Below, piece by piece: positions 1 through 11,907 of a DNA stretch of 64,000 bases. The stretch's first letter is position 1. Each line of letters starts with the position of its first letter. This DNA comes from Gnetum montanum (Eukaryota; Plantae; Gnetophyta): positions 716,355 to 780,354 of the forward strand of contig MNCI01002682.1 in the NCBI GenBank assembly GCA_015680685.1. The letters run 5' to 3'. The translations under genes were made by a program, and so were the position numbers. Under the pieces are notes generated by a model. That model was given only the letters and a program-made list of their open reading frames with translations, did no database searches and was not told the DNA's origin.

Positions 1-1089
1 ACCAAATTAATAAAATGATAAAAGAATGACTTAATTATATTATTTCGAATTTTATTGTTCTAATGATATTAGTATTTTGGATTAAAAAGCTTGAGAGCAC
101 TTGCATGTATATGGCTAACGATACAAGTTATTTGAACAAAATGAAATGTTTCATTAAAATGGAATTACAAAGGTTATGCTAAAATGGAAAACTATAATAT
201 TTGTGTACATAATTAAAATATGCTACTAGTACAGAGATTTGTACAAATTATATCATGTTTAAATACAAATAAACTCCTTACCATATTTATGCCTACTTAG
301 CTGTATTTTCTACTTTTATTTAGTACTCTATAATTTGTTGTCAAAAATCTTTTAAAGTTTTCATTTTCTATATTGTAATTTTTTTCAAACAACTTTTTCA
401 AGCTTCAGCTGGAAAAACCATTTTACCAACTTTTTAATCTTTGTGTTTTACCCAATGTCAAAATTACTCAAGCAAAGCATTCATCATTATCATCATCCTA
501 GCTTCATCACAACTCCATGGGGTTGGTTATATGAGTTCTTTCACACCATTTGCTTCTATTAAAAACCAAATAAACATTAATATCCAATTTTTGAAAGTTT
601 TTCTTTATGCAAAAAAACCATATATGTTTTCATCTACCTCTTTGTTGGTTCCCCTCTACTTAAATAAAGCAACCTCTTCTAACAGGAGCATTCTGAAGTC
701 CACTTAACACATGATGAAACCATCTAAGACAATTTTCCTTAGACTTCTCATATATGGGTGCTACTCCCAAACTTCCCTTAATAGAAGTGTTTGTTACTTT
801 AATCTTCCCTTGTTATGTGCAACATCCATGTTAGCATATGCATCTCTATTACATGCCTGCCATGAGCCTAATGCTTTGAACAAGCTAGTATTCTACACCA
901 TAAAGTAATGCATATCTGATAGTTGTTCTGTAGAAATTTCCCTTCAACCGAGTGGCAATTCTTCTATCATAAAGCACACCACCAACTTCCACCCATTTCC
1001 TCTACCCTATTTCAATTATGTTTGTCACATCCTTATTAATCTCACCATCTACTTGAACCAAAGACCCCAAGTATCTGAATTGCTTACAT

Positions 1090-1740
1090 TGAGAAGCTTC
1101 TATTATAATCAGATCTGAAAACAATTAGATCTAAAAACACACTACAAATGCTCTAGAGAAATTATTAGAACCCTACAGATCTGAATAAATCATTAGAGGC
1201 AAAATATTGCGCTGTAGCAGGTCAAGAAACACTATAAATCACTCTCAAAACGTTCTAAACTCTAGCAAACATTTGTTGTGATAACAAAATGAAAGCAGAA
1301 TGAAAACAGTAAAAATAGCACAAGAACACAGAGAGTTATGTGGTTCGGGCCCTTTTTACCCTACTTCCACAACAATGCTGATCTGCCTTCTATTCTTCTC
1401 AAATCTTCAGGACACAAGCCGTCCTTGTAACTTTTCCAAACACCCAATCTATTATTCCAACAGATCTCAAATCAACACCAACAAGACTCACATCTCCAAG
1501 GTAAAACCTTGATACAATGCTTTCACTTAAAAGCACGCACTAAAGGCTACCCCAAGCCTTCTATTTATGAAGAAACATGAGGACCAAACCCCAATCCTAA
1601 TACATGTGGGATAAAACACCAAGGCTCCTATTTATGAGGAAACATGAGGACCAAACCCCAATCCTAATACATGTGAGATAAAACACATCCCCACATCAAA
1701 TGCAACATAAAAGGAAATACAACAATTAATGTTGTCTTCA
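1090..1740 (-). mobile_element. Probable Ty1/copia solo LTR inserted in the RTE
   Basis: Splits the RTE frame between ETVGK and CKQFRYLG. Minus strand has a copia-LTR-like GTGGAAGTAG...CCGAACCACATAAC..TGTGT motif and TATA-like boxes. Exact ends and TSD are not resolved. Confidence 0.6.
1560..1686. repeat. Tandem duplication, about 67-bp period, inside the solo LTR
   Basis: ctatttatga(a/g)gaaacatgaggaccaaaccccaatcctaatacatgtg(g/a)gataaaacac present twice. Confidence 0.95.
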
Positions 1741-2269
1741 TTTTTCCAACAGTTTCTTGGTTTTGGATTTTAATTTCTGTATCTTCATTACTCACTTTCC
1801 AAGTAAAAGTGCACTCCAAGTATTCCATCTTACTTCTACCAATGCTCAACCTTTTTAATTCTAGGGTCCTTCTCTAAGCCTCCATTTTCGCAGCCAAAAC
1901 ATCCTTACATTCATCCACTAAAATAATATTATCAACAACGAGCATACACCAATGGATATCATCTTGAATATCATTGGTTAGCTCATTCATAATAATGACA
2001 AAAAATAAGGGCTTAGACATATCTTTGGCAGAACCCAACCTTTACAAAAAATTATAAAGTCTGAATATCTCAAGGAACTCTATTATAAGCTTTCTCCAAA
2101 TCAATGAAAATCATGTGCAGATTCCTTCTCCTACAACTAAATTTTTCCATCAAATTCTAAGTCTTTGCATCAAAAGATTTTAGATATACCCCAAATCAGC
2201 ATCAATTGTGAAGTTAGATGACAAATGAATGCTTTACATTTTTGTTGGATATAGTTAGATTTACATATA

Positions 2270-2440
2270 AGGACCTTCATTTGGAGTGATAGTAAGGTTT
2301 TTGTTTCTCAAGTCGTAAGATCTGGGTTCAAGCTTGGGTGGAGCCACTCAACAAAGGTTAGGCTTTCTTTCATCCACCAACCCTCCTAGGACCCTGTCTT
2401 GGCAAGATGAACATTGAGCCTGTAGGTGATGATCATTTAT
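2270..2440 (+). mobile_element. tRNA-derived SINE, Au-like, decayed
   Basis: B-box GGGTTCAAGC, body motifs aggctt..ccctcc..ggaccctg resembling plant Au SINEs, T-rich end. Confidence 0.5.
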
Positions 2441-2699
2441 AGTTAGATCTACAAATCTTATAGACCATATAATCTAAAACTAAAATAATTATTATCCATT
2501 GTGAAGTTCATTTTGATGAAATTCCACAATCCCCTGACCTTTTCATTGTTTTTGAAGAATCCCCATCTTCACCTAAATCTCAAACTTCTGTTTTTGCTTC
2601 TGAAATTCAGTTTTCAAAAGGAGTGAAGACAACAACGTGGTTAACCATGCCTTAGAAGATACTAAATTAAAGCAAAAGTCAATTATGCTCTTATTGATC

Positions 2700-3035
2700 G
2701 ATCACTATGAGGCTTCAAATGCTCAACAAGCCTTGAAAATAAGAAAATGAAAGCAAGGAATGATTGCAAAGTACTTGTCCCCAACAAAGAATCAACATTG
2801 GAATCTTGTTGATCTTCCGCCAGAAAGGAAACATAATAAATGCAAATAAATTTACACAACCAAATTTAAATTTGATGGTTCAAAAAAACAAAAATAAAGC
2901 ATTATTGATTGTCAACGGATATGCACAAAAGGAAGGCCTTTATTTCAATAAAAATTTTACTCTAACTAAAATGAAAACGATACAGATGATGTCAGCCAAA
3001 GCCACTCAATATGGTCGAACAAATGGATATCAAGA
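2700..3035 (+). mobile_element. Ty1/copia reverse transcriptase fragment
   Basis: KNQHWNLVDLPPERKHNKCK*IY.TK.KFDGS...GYAQKEGLYF...KMKTIQMM...QMDIK matches the N-terminal RVT_2 motifs. Confidence 0.85.
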
Positions 3036-3699
3036 ATGTAAATGATCAAAACCGTAATTCAATTCTCTCAAGTCTCTTCCAAACCAAAGATACATAAATA
3101 ATTCTTGAGGTATCATGGTAAAACAGTCCACCAATGATTCTGCCGCAAACCTGAACCCAAGGCTTATCTGTTGTGTGAAAACAGCAGACAACATTGGCCA
3201 ATAAAGCAACATCAAACGCTCCCAACTGTTTACATCTTGAAGCAACTTCATTGGCTGACAAACCGCATCCTAATTAACAGTATACTTAGTTCTCTTTCAC
3301 TTTGTAGACTATAAGAAAGTAAAATCCAAACCCCGTTTTCCCTGGAGAAGTTGCCACTACTAACAGAGTCCCGGTTGATTGTCATTCCTCTAGCTACTTA
3401 GATGTTTCAGTTTGATCTTTTCATTGTGACCCATAATGGATTTTGGACATAGAGATAAGACATGAAGTTAGTTGATCCCATTTTGTTTGGGACAAGTCTT
3501 GGATGATGATAATGAGATAAGAAATTAAGCAAAGGGACAAAGAAATAAAGTTAAAATAGAAATTGTTCAGGATGGATGCCTAATGCTGTTAGGCTACATC
3601 GAATTTGTCATTTGATTCTGCAACTTTAATACCACTATTACGGCTCATCAACAATAACAAATTCTGCAATTGGAAACAAACTTAGCACAACATAAACAA

Positions 3700-4060
3700 A
3701 ACCAACCACACATTTAAATCCATACTGAAAACTAAGAACTTGAAAGTAAGTCCCAAGCCCCTACAAAACCAAGCAAATGCTTAAGTGATCAATTCCATTG
3801 CCCTTAATCTCAATTTATATATGTGATTGCTTTCAAGCTAACCCAAGGTTCATTGAACCTAGACATATTCTCCAATCAACTAAAAGCTTATATTAAAGTC
3901 TATTGGCTAATAATAGTGGCGTTGCTATCAATTCCAACAATCACCCCCTTAATGCCCACATGAGGAACAAACATGGAAATGTTCATGGTAGTGTGAAATT
4001 GCAAGTCATGGATTTTGTCCATTGCAGAGTTCTTCAGTTAAATAATAATCTTTTCTCAAA
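3700..4060 (-). mobile_element. Possible copia 3' end (PPT plus LTR start) remnant
   Basis: Minus strand TTAAGGGGGTGAT followed by TGTTGGAAT near 3937-3950. Confidence 0.35.
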
Positions 4061-4104
4061 ACAAAATGTTATGTATTATTTAATGTCACATGAGCTTACT
4101 AGTT

Positions 4105-4180
4105 GAATTGTTAGTTGCATGCACAATCAAGGATTGAATCCTAACCTCATAACTAGAGGTCCTCTACCAATGAGCCATTG
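4105..4180 (-). mobile_element. tRNA-derived SINE head
   Basis: Minus-strand A-box TGGCTCATTGG and B-box GGATTCAATCC at tRNA-like spacing; no intact cloverleaf. Confidence 0.5.
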
Positions 4181-4468
4181 TATATTATTATTCCTAAAAA
4201 GAAGACTTCAAAAAGAAACAATACAATTCCAAGTTACATCTTGCATTGAAATGGATAAAAAGACTTGAATTCTTTCCCATAACTTACAATAAGATTGAGC
4301 TAAAGTTTTACCCATATTAATGTCCATGCTAATTCCTTAATCAATAATGTTATCATTGCAAAAATCTTTTCCTATGGAATAGCACAGTATGTCCTCGGTT
4401 TCCTCTTCTATATAGTTAATTACACTGTTTAGTTCATAATTTAGAAAAGAAAAAAGTTAGCAACTTAC

Positions 4469-4556
4469 TACATGTGTCACAGCGCACAGGTACATTGAAC
4501 GAGAGGCGCTTACTGCAACCCTCAACTGCTTCAAAAAAAGTCAATTCAAGATCCAC
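4469..4556 (-). CDS. DnaJ exon 9 (C-terminal domain start and first CxxC)
   Basis: [29 protein letters not shown]; acceptor aatag, donor GTAAG. Confidence 0.95.
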
Positions 4557-7500
4557 CTATTAAGAAATTCAACAAGGTATCAAAACCCGGCCAAAAATAA
4601 AATTAATAAAATAATATTCATAGAAATTGATGTCATATCTTAAAAATCTGTGAATACAAATAATTGATTCATACCTCTATGTCAGGTGCAGGTCCTCTCA
4701 TTTCACTTTGGAAAAACTGTCAAAATATTAGAAAAGATGTTAAGATGCCAGAATACCTGGCTCAAGTTTGGCAATCATGCTTGTGCATACAAACAAAAAT
4801 CAACCTCATGGAAAACTTTATGAATTTCTTCGGCAAAAGGATCATGATAACTATAGTCAAATCCAGGATTTGATGCATCTTGATTAGCCCATGATGACTC
4901 CTTCTCAGAACCTGTAGATGTATTCTGCATACAGAATATGTATAAGAGATTACAAAAACCATTTTTGTATATGATTTCAAAAGATATAAGACCAGATAAA
5001 GCCCTAATTAGTGAGTTGTTCTCTTTTCATTGAGGATGCTTCATTTCAGTAGTTGTGCATTTTACAGGCAACTTCTTGATCGTCTGTTTGGTATCCTAGT
5101 TTATATTGGTTCATTGTAACTTCTTATTCTATGCTGAAGTGGTTATAAGTTATGATAATGGCATGATTTTATGTATGAACATCTGTGAGGCATTATATAT
5201 GTTCACATAGAAATCTCTGAAGGACTGTTTGGTTATGTAAATCTGTGGATATTGAATCTGCAGAGATGTCAAGTTCACAGATTCACGACTCAAAGGAGAT
5301 TATACCTTAAATGGTGAAATCCAAATAGAATCAAAAATAATTAAAAAAGAAAAAATAGAAATGCTGGGCCCGACGAAGATTCATCTGCATAAACCTCTAC
5401 AGAATTAATGGAAAGCAAACGATTTTCTAAATATGATGGCTGGAATCTGTAGACACAGCACCCCAAGAATCGGGCATCCAAACACGCCCTAAGATGTGCA
5501 CTTCTTATGTGATTTCAGACTATGTAATAACAAAGCTATGACCTTATCCCCAGAGCATAGACTTGGAAGTGCTCTTTCAGCATCAACTTCATCCATTATT
5601 GAGCTCTGATTGTGGTGTTATACATATTTAAGATCCTGGTAGCCACGTATTTCTGGGATTGCTTTCTTTCAATAATAGTAAACTTCTAGATGCACCTGCA
5701 ATACTAGAACAAAACTTATTCTCTTCCATACCCCAGTGCCAGCAAATTGGTGGCCTTGATTACAGAAGCAACTTTTAGACAGACATTCTAGTTCATCCAT
5801 CATCTACCTTATCCAAAATTGGTGAATTTTAGATTTCTGGTACCTTGCTAGCACACATCATCTATGAACTTTGGAAAGAAAAAAAATGGTTGAATTTTAG
5901 GGATTGAAAAACAACAATATAGTGTTCAGTCATTAACAATAAAAGTTGAAAAGAGAATGCAATATATAGTGGGACTAAACTCTATAAATCCTTGGAACAC
6001 AAAACACTAAAAATTTTGACGTGCATTGCTCACAAATGTGATGTGAAAACTTTAAAAGGAATGAAATGTCTGCACTTTTTAGGAAACTAAAAGCTTCAAA
6101 AGAGAATATGGCATCCAGAATTAAATTAAGCACCTGAGTCTCTGAAACTTGCAGACTAAACTATTATTTTTCCCTATTCAACAAAAAAATATCTTCCAGA
6201 GTGTGCATTGTATTAGTATATATCTGAAGAAATTATTACAGAATTGTTCCACCTAGACTTCCTAAAAATGTTGAAAAGGCTAATTACTCTTGTTCTCCTT
6301 TTGGCATTGGTAAGAAACAATGGTACCGTGTGCAGTGCTTTCCAATGGAAAGCTTTCTGCTGCATGGTTTTAATTTTTAGTCATCCTTGCCTGCATGCAT
6401 CTTAGATACATGCCATTCAAACAGGGTGTAGAGCCTCTATACACAACAAAGCAAGAGTTATAATAGACAGCACGGGGATCTTTAATTTTATTTCTTAATT
6501 GATATCTAGAGATCAAAAATTGCGTGGAGCATTTGGAATGTGCAGCAAAGTGTGATATCATGGTCAGATACATAAAACAAAATTTTGTGTATGAATATAT
6601 GCACCTCATATGGTGGAAACAAGGCTAGGATGGTGGTGGTGGTGGAGAAAACAAAAGAACCATATAATATTATCACATGCAACGAAATATCAATATTCAA
6701 CACATTGAAATTTTTCTATATCATTATTCATTGCTTATTTTTGAACTGTTAAAAAGAAGAGTTCATTATCATTAGTTATTTGCACATTATAATCATAGTT
6801 TGTTGCTTATAATTCAGAATTAACCTGAAACAACAAAATAAAATTAAACACTCCTGGGTAAAATATATTGCAATCGATGGATACACATGAGCTTTATTTA
6901 AATAGACCTCTTCAAACAAGGTTTGAAGTTTAGAGCAAAAAGCAGAAGCATTCATAACATAAATGATAACAGTATATGAAAAGTTTACTTGACAACTATA
7001 TATTTGCTCGAAATTCAACGTGATGCATACGGCATAATAATGACCTATATTTTTATATAAAATTAACTGAACAGAGACATAGCAATCTATTAAAAATCAA
7101 GTAAATTCAATCTGCTAAACATCTTTGTTTAACTAAATTTGATGAGATCAACAAAAAGAGCATGCAAAAAGAAACCATTGTAAGATCATAATATGTTTCC
7201 ATAATTAAGAAAATACTTAAGAGCAACAATTTTGAATCTAAAAACTTGGAGCCATTCATTTACTTATGTCTAGAGGTTAAAAGTATCTCTTGATAAACAA
7301 AATGATGTGCCTGTAGTTATGACACATTTGCTGATGACACTAGGAAGTAGGAACAAAAACAAAATCAGTGCCCTGAGGGAATAATAGACTCCACCAATAC
7401 GCTTTGTAAGAGCATCATGGGGAAGATTATACTGAGCAAGATGTAAGTAGCAGCTTAATAAATGTAGCACAATCTCCATTTTATTAATGAAGGGAATATG

Positions 7501-10500
7501 GTTATTAAATCAAATGTATCAATGTAAATTTAAAAATATTTAAACAATATTATTGTTATACATTTGCAATTTTATACTGATTTTCTTTTCTAAAAAATTG
7601 TGCTCTGAAAACTGGTTACCATTTTTCAGCAAGTGACTAATTGGTAAAATTTCACAAACATCTTTTTAAAAATTTAGTCATTACTCAGAAACAGGTTCCA
7701 AAAATAGTAAGGAAAAACACAGAGTGGTGCAGGATTATCACCTGGTCATACTCTGCTCTCTTATTCCTGTCTTTTAAAATCTGCAGCACCCCTTCCAAAA
7801 AATACAAAAAGAAAATGACAATCATGCTAATAAATTAACAAAAAACATAAATTATGGATATTAATTGTTGACTGGGAATAAAGTATCAAAAATCAATATA
7901 ATAACATTTAAAATGCAAAATCTCCAAAATAAACTATAAACCTCGTAGGCATCCTGAACTTCCTGAAATTTGATCTTTGCGTCCTCACTGCCCTTATTTG
8001 TATCTGGATGATATTTTTTGGCCAGCTGCAGCATCAATAAAATTTTATTTCAAGGAGCATTTAAACTAACTAAAATAATGTATTATTAATGAAAATAGTA
8101 AGTTTTTGATGAGTATAAACTGATAACTAAACAATTGAAGGTTACAATCGTTTGCCATAAACATTAAAACAATTAAGAGAACTATGAGTATATGCATTCC
8201 TAAATTATTCCATACTATAATGCTAGGCTGTTGCAAACACATAGAAGATTTCACAGATACCATATGGAAAGATTTAGTAGTAAAGAAGCATCATTCATAA
8301 AATAATAATAATAATAATAAATGAATTGAAGGCAGGCAAAAAGAGCCTGCAATTAGCAAAAAGGTTTCACAATTTGCTTGGGATCCAAATGCATCCTTGA
8401 AGTTTAATTGTGGTGTAAGCAACATAGTTCTATGAGTGATCAATAGATGGCATAGGATACAAATTCTTTCATTTCTCTACTTATATCACTTTTGATTGCC
8501 TTAGTAACCATTTGATGACAGTATGAACACATACACAAGAACCATCTTCACTTACCTTAGAAGTGATCCTTTCATGCTAACTTTTCTCTAACAAATCAAA
8601 AGATGAAAAAAAAATTTCACAGATACACAAAAAAAGACATGCAACTACTGCATAAATTTACATTATATGGTCAAAGGGACCTACTTCATGAGAAAAGCAA
8701 TGCAGAGTTCTTCTTCTGCTGAAGGGTTCCTACTGTACTTATGGAATGCAGATTGGAATCTCAATTCTTGTGATCGAAATCAATGATGGAATTGTAATTC
8801 CAAATGATTCTATATCACGATTCTGAGCAAATTTTGAGTGATTACAAGTGATTCTAGACAATTTCAACTTGTTTGTTACATTGTTAACAGAAATATACAA
8901 GTCTTTTTTCAAAATTCTTAGAAATTGGATAATCTTTTATGTTATCTCAATATCACAATTCTGGACCATTCTGAATCACAATTATAAGCAACCCACAATC
9001 TGGAATCTCTTAATGAAAAAATGATCTACAATCCAATCAAATGATCTACAATCCAATCGGCATGCCAGAAGTATTGTTCCTACAAATCTCTCAAATCACT
9101 CCTACCCTAATATTCAAACTAGACTAGAGGAGTGATATGGTATAAAAGTTAGAGTCAGAGAACCCTAAATCTATTCCCCTAATTTTATCTAAGGTTTGAT
9201 ATATAAAACAACTAAAAATTACAAAGGAGGTTTACAAATTCAGGATACCAAAACAACATCCCACTTGAAGACAAAAAGTGCTGCTACCTTGAATCAGCTG
9301 CCAGCTATGCATCCTTCATGATGTAAATCACACACCACAGCAACATCACACTGGTAAACAAACATTCAACATGAACCCATTCTGTCCATGCACAGTATGC
9401 TTTATTCCTTACTAGATCAATCGTTGTTTGACTGCAAACATGTATTATGTAGTTCAAATCAGTCAAAACCTCTAAAAATGTGTTGATGCCTGATCAATTC
9501 TTTAGCTGCTTGTCCAGTGAATGTGTTTCACTTTCAAAGACAATGTCAGATCTAACTGAAGCTGTAACATCCAGCTGATGACTCTTTGATAAGTGAAAAT
9601 ATTACCAATGTATAAATTGTAGAATCCCTATACCCTGCATGATAGAGAATTCAAATTCCAGTTTACAGTGGCCAATGGGCAGCTCACTACACCAACATTA
9701 AAGTGTATTTCTCAAACGTTGCATCATAATAACTTATTGCCTCAGAATTCTTACACCAGAAACATAAGGAAGCATCTTGTGTTCCCATCAAGTAGCACAA
9801 AATACAATTTACAATACCCAAATGAACTTTTCCAAAATTCAGCAGGTGTAGACCATGACATTGATTAAACTTCCAGCCGATATCTATAATGTACCTTCAT
9901 CTCATCTTTGTACTACCACGCTTTAAAATAGTCTTTTCTCAACAAAAACGGTTTGCTAGTGTAGTAAAAATAGGGATGCAACCATATTAACATGCTCAGC
10001 TACATTACTAATATAATACTTGTGTCAGCCACAAGTTTCTCGTAAGCCTTTCTAAAGGAGTTCCTAAGTAATCTCTTTTAATAAGCATTAACAGACTTTA
10101 AACATAAAAGTTATATGCAAATATCTTTTCCTCTACATGTGTTCTCAGTCTTTCATAAACATTGTCCTATGTCTTATCGTCAGCTTTCATATGTCTTTTA
10201 CCATATTATCATCAATTCTAGTTGCATGAATTTCCTCTTTTTTCTCATTGAAGATAATACTTGACCTCATCATTACATTACAGCATTCTGCATGAAACTG
10301 TTAGATTGAAAGTCTAATCCCACTGAAATGACCACCTGGTAATCACTCCAAATGATAGTCCCTTAAACTCTTCCCATATATGATTTCACTATACTTACAG
10401 GTATTTGACTACTAGGAAATTCTAAATTTTGTTCTTCCTTTTCATTTCTCCAAAATCCAGATTTCCTATTAATTCTGTTTTATTCTTTAATATTTTTCCT

Positions 10501-11907
10501 TACATCGTCATTAAGAATTCCAGCAATTATTTGTAGCCAACCCCATTTTGATGGGACAAGGCTAGGATGATGATGAGGATGACCTTCTAGTAGATTTCTG
10601 AAAGCTTGCATTTAATGCATTCCAAAGCTCTTCCTCAATGTTTTCATCTAGTCCAACCTGAACTGTGTATGAAAAATGGTATTTATAATGTCTTTCTCGA
10701 ACACAAATTTAGTGTCGTTATCATACATATTTATGTGCAACCCTAGCAATATGCTCTGAAGGCCTTTCCAACTACAGCTACCATGATTGAACTATACTCT
10801 AACCTAACTGAAAAGGCTTATATATTTGTTGAATTGCTCTAACATTCTCTCTTTCCCATTCATGCTAGTTGATTCTTTTACTTCTCATAAAAAATTTCCA
10901 ACTTCCAATACTTTTGCAACATACCATAAATTTTGCGAATCAGATCAACATCAAAGCATCAAGTCAAAAGCAAGTGTTAAGCCAAATCTTCATAAGATGA
11001 GGTGAAAACCATTATAGCTCATTTATTTCCCCTATTCTGGATTGTTCCTCAGAAAAGACACGCGTTTCTATGTAATGAAACATGAAACTCAAATTTTAGT
11101 TGGCAGGAAAAATATATGAAGCATTGGGTGTGGCTGCAGTTGCTGTGTACAGGTAATACAACAAAGCTTGATTCAAAGTAAATAATCAGAATGGCCTGTG
11201 GTTGGCAAATTTTTTTAATGGAAGGACGCATTTCCTAAGCGTTTAAAATGTTACCTTACGAAATGCATCCTTGATTTCATCTTGGCTAGCATCCCTGCGA
11301 ACTCCAAGAATTTCGTATAAATCTCGTGCTGGCATGCAACAAAAGCCTGTAACAGAAATATAAAATGACAAGCCAACAGGACTACTATCAATTCATGTAA
11401 GCATACTGCCCTAAAACACTGTAACGACATTTTGTAAAACAAATGCTGCAATTTCGAAGCGGTCTTGTATATATCCCATAAATACAATACGTGTAGCATG
11501 GTACTTCTGATTGATCACATTAAGAACAGGAAATGTAATTCTCCGTAGACCTCGCTCATTCGAATCTAATCCAAAAAGAGTACCTGCAACCGACACAGAC
11601 GATTTCAGGTTCAAGAAAAAAACAGGCAACAATATCACTGTAGTTTCATACAAGTTCGACAGGCATAATCACCGAATGAAAGTTACTATACCATACAATA
11701 CTCCTTGGAGCTGAAGCTGCCTGGTTTGCTGCCATACAAAAAAACGCAGACAACTATGTTTAGGTGCCTGAAAGCAGAAAAATATGTTTTAATGGCGTTC
11801 AAAGGAAGTGATGTAGTGTGGATCATGATTAGCATTACATGAGCATTTGCAGGGAATCGTTTTGCGGTTTCTCGGGCAAGAAGGGCAAGCCTGCGCTGCA
11901 GAAGCAT
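4469..11907 (-). CDS. dnaJ: Class I DnaJ/Hsp40 co-chaperone, mitochondrial type (ATJ1-like); 9 exons in window, 3' part beyond left edge
   Basis: Spliced translation [53 protein letters not shown]...[81 protein letters not shown]...[57 protein letters not shown]. It has a J-domain with HPD and the start of the CxxC zinc-finger region. All eight introns are GT-AG with matching phases. Confidence 0.93.
4675..4716 (-). CDS. DnaJ exon 8
   Basis: [14 protein letters not shown]; acceptor gacag, donor GTATG. Confidence 0.88.
4805..4924 (-). CDS. DnaJ exon 7 (linker)
   Basis: 120 nt, NTSTG...[13 protein letters not shown]; acceptor atgcag, donor GTTGA. Confidence 0.88.
5221..5489. mobile_element. 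PIF/Harbinger (Tourist-like) MITE
   Basis: Imperfect TIRs AGGACTGTTTGG ... CCAAACACGCCC; flanks TGA and TAA; non-coding, about 270 bp. Confidence 0.6.
5640..5950 (+). mobile_element. L1-type LINE 3' remnant (zf-RVT region)
   Basis: [18 protein letters not shown] resembles the L1 ORF2 C-terminal W.ERN.R.F motif. Confidence 0.4.
7742..7780 (-). CDS. DnaJ exon 6 (end of J-domain)
   Basis: [13 protein letters not shown]; acceptor ctgcag, donor GTGAT. Confidence 0.95.
7942..8025 (-). CDS. DnaJ exon 5 (HPD motif)
   Basis: [28 protein letters not shown]; acceptor tgcag, donor GT. Confidence 0.97.
9990..10720 (-). mobile_element. Decayed RTE LINE endonuclease/linker fragment
   Basis: [20 protein letters not shown] (compare AYAPQVGLDE..K..FW..L) and [15 protein letters not shown] (compare LYQRLGTKEGEKDI). 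Confidence 0.65.
10535..10585 (+). mobile_element. 5'-truncated RTE 3' end (hairpin plus GAT tail)
   Basis: gccaaccccattttgatgggacaaggctaggatgatgatgag; the same module occurs at about 3470, 6600, 17430 and 480 (minus). Confidence 0.75.
11255..11346 (-). CDS. DnaJ exon 4 (J-domain helices I-II)
   Basis: [24 protein letters not shown]; acceptor ttacag, donor GTAAC. Confidence 0.95.
11491..11583 (-). CDS. DnaJ exon 3
   Basis: Acceptor gttgcag; ends ...QKYHAT, like the HAT motif preceding the J-domain in plant mitochondrial DnaJs; donor GTATTG. Confidence 0.8.
11692..11767 (-). CDS. DnaJ exon 2
   Basis: Acceptor tttctgctttcag, 76 nt, donor GTATAG; phase 0 in, phase 1 out, fits both neighbours. 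Confidence 0.75.
11839..11907 (-). CDS. DnaJ exon 1 (Arg/Leu/Ala-rich, mitochondrial presequence-like)
   Basis: ATG at 11907; [23 protein letters not shown], then donor GTAATG, phase 0. Confidence 0.8.

Larger units (their letters stand above)
480..2170 (-). mobile_element. Decayed RTE-clade LINE (RT through 3' tail), interrupted by a solo LTR
   Basis: Remnant peptides RSKMEYLEC, QFRYLGSLVQVDGEI, LKGNFYRT, LGVAPIYEK..LRWFHHV; (GAT)n-like tail at about 480-500 on the minus strand. Confidence 0.85.

Noticed and set aside
3745-3812. KGNG...ICLV..GLG as a possible DnaJ zinc-finger exon 10
   Set aside because: It needs a frameshift, has the wrong cysteine spacing and has no in-phase acceptor. 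It also lies in probable LTR debris.
8750-9060. GATTC-rich repeats suggesting a hAT-type MITE, plus a 20-bp duplication
   Set aside because: No TIRs or TSD could be identified.
9280-9930. Slightly GC-richer stretch in DnaJ intron 4 that looks coding
   Set aside because: The minus-strand frames I translated contain several stops and no recognisable motif, and exons 4 and 5 already join seamlessly.
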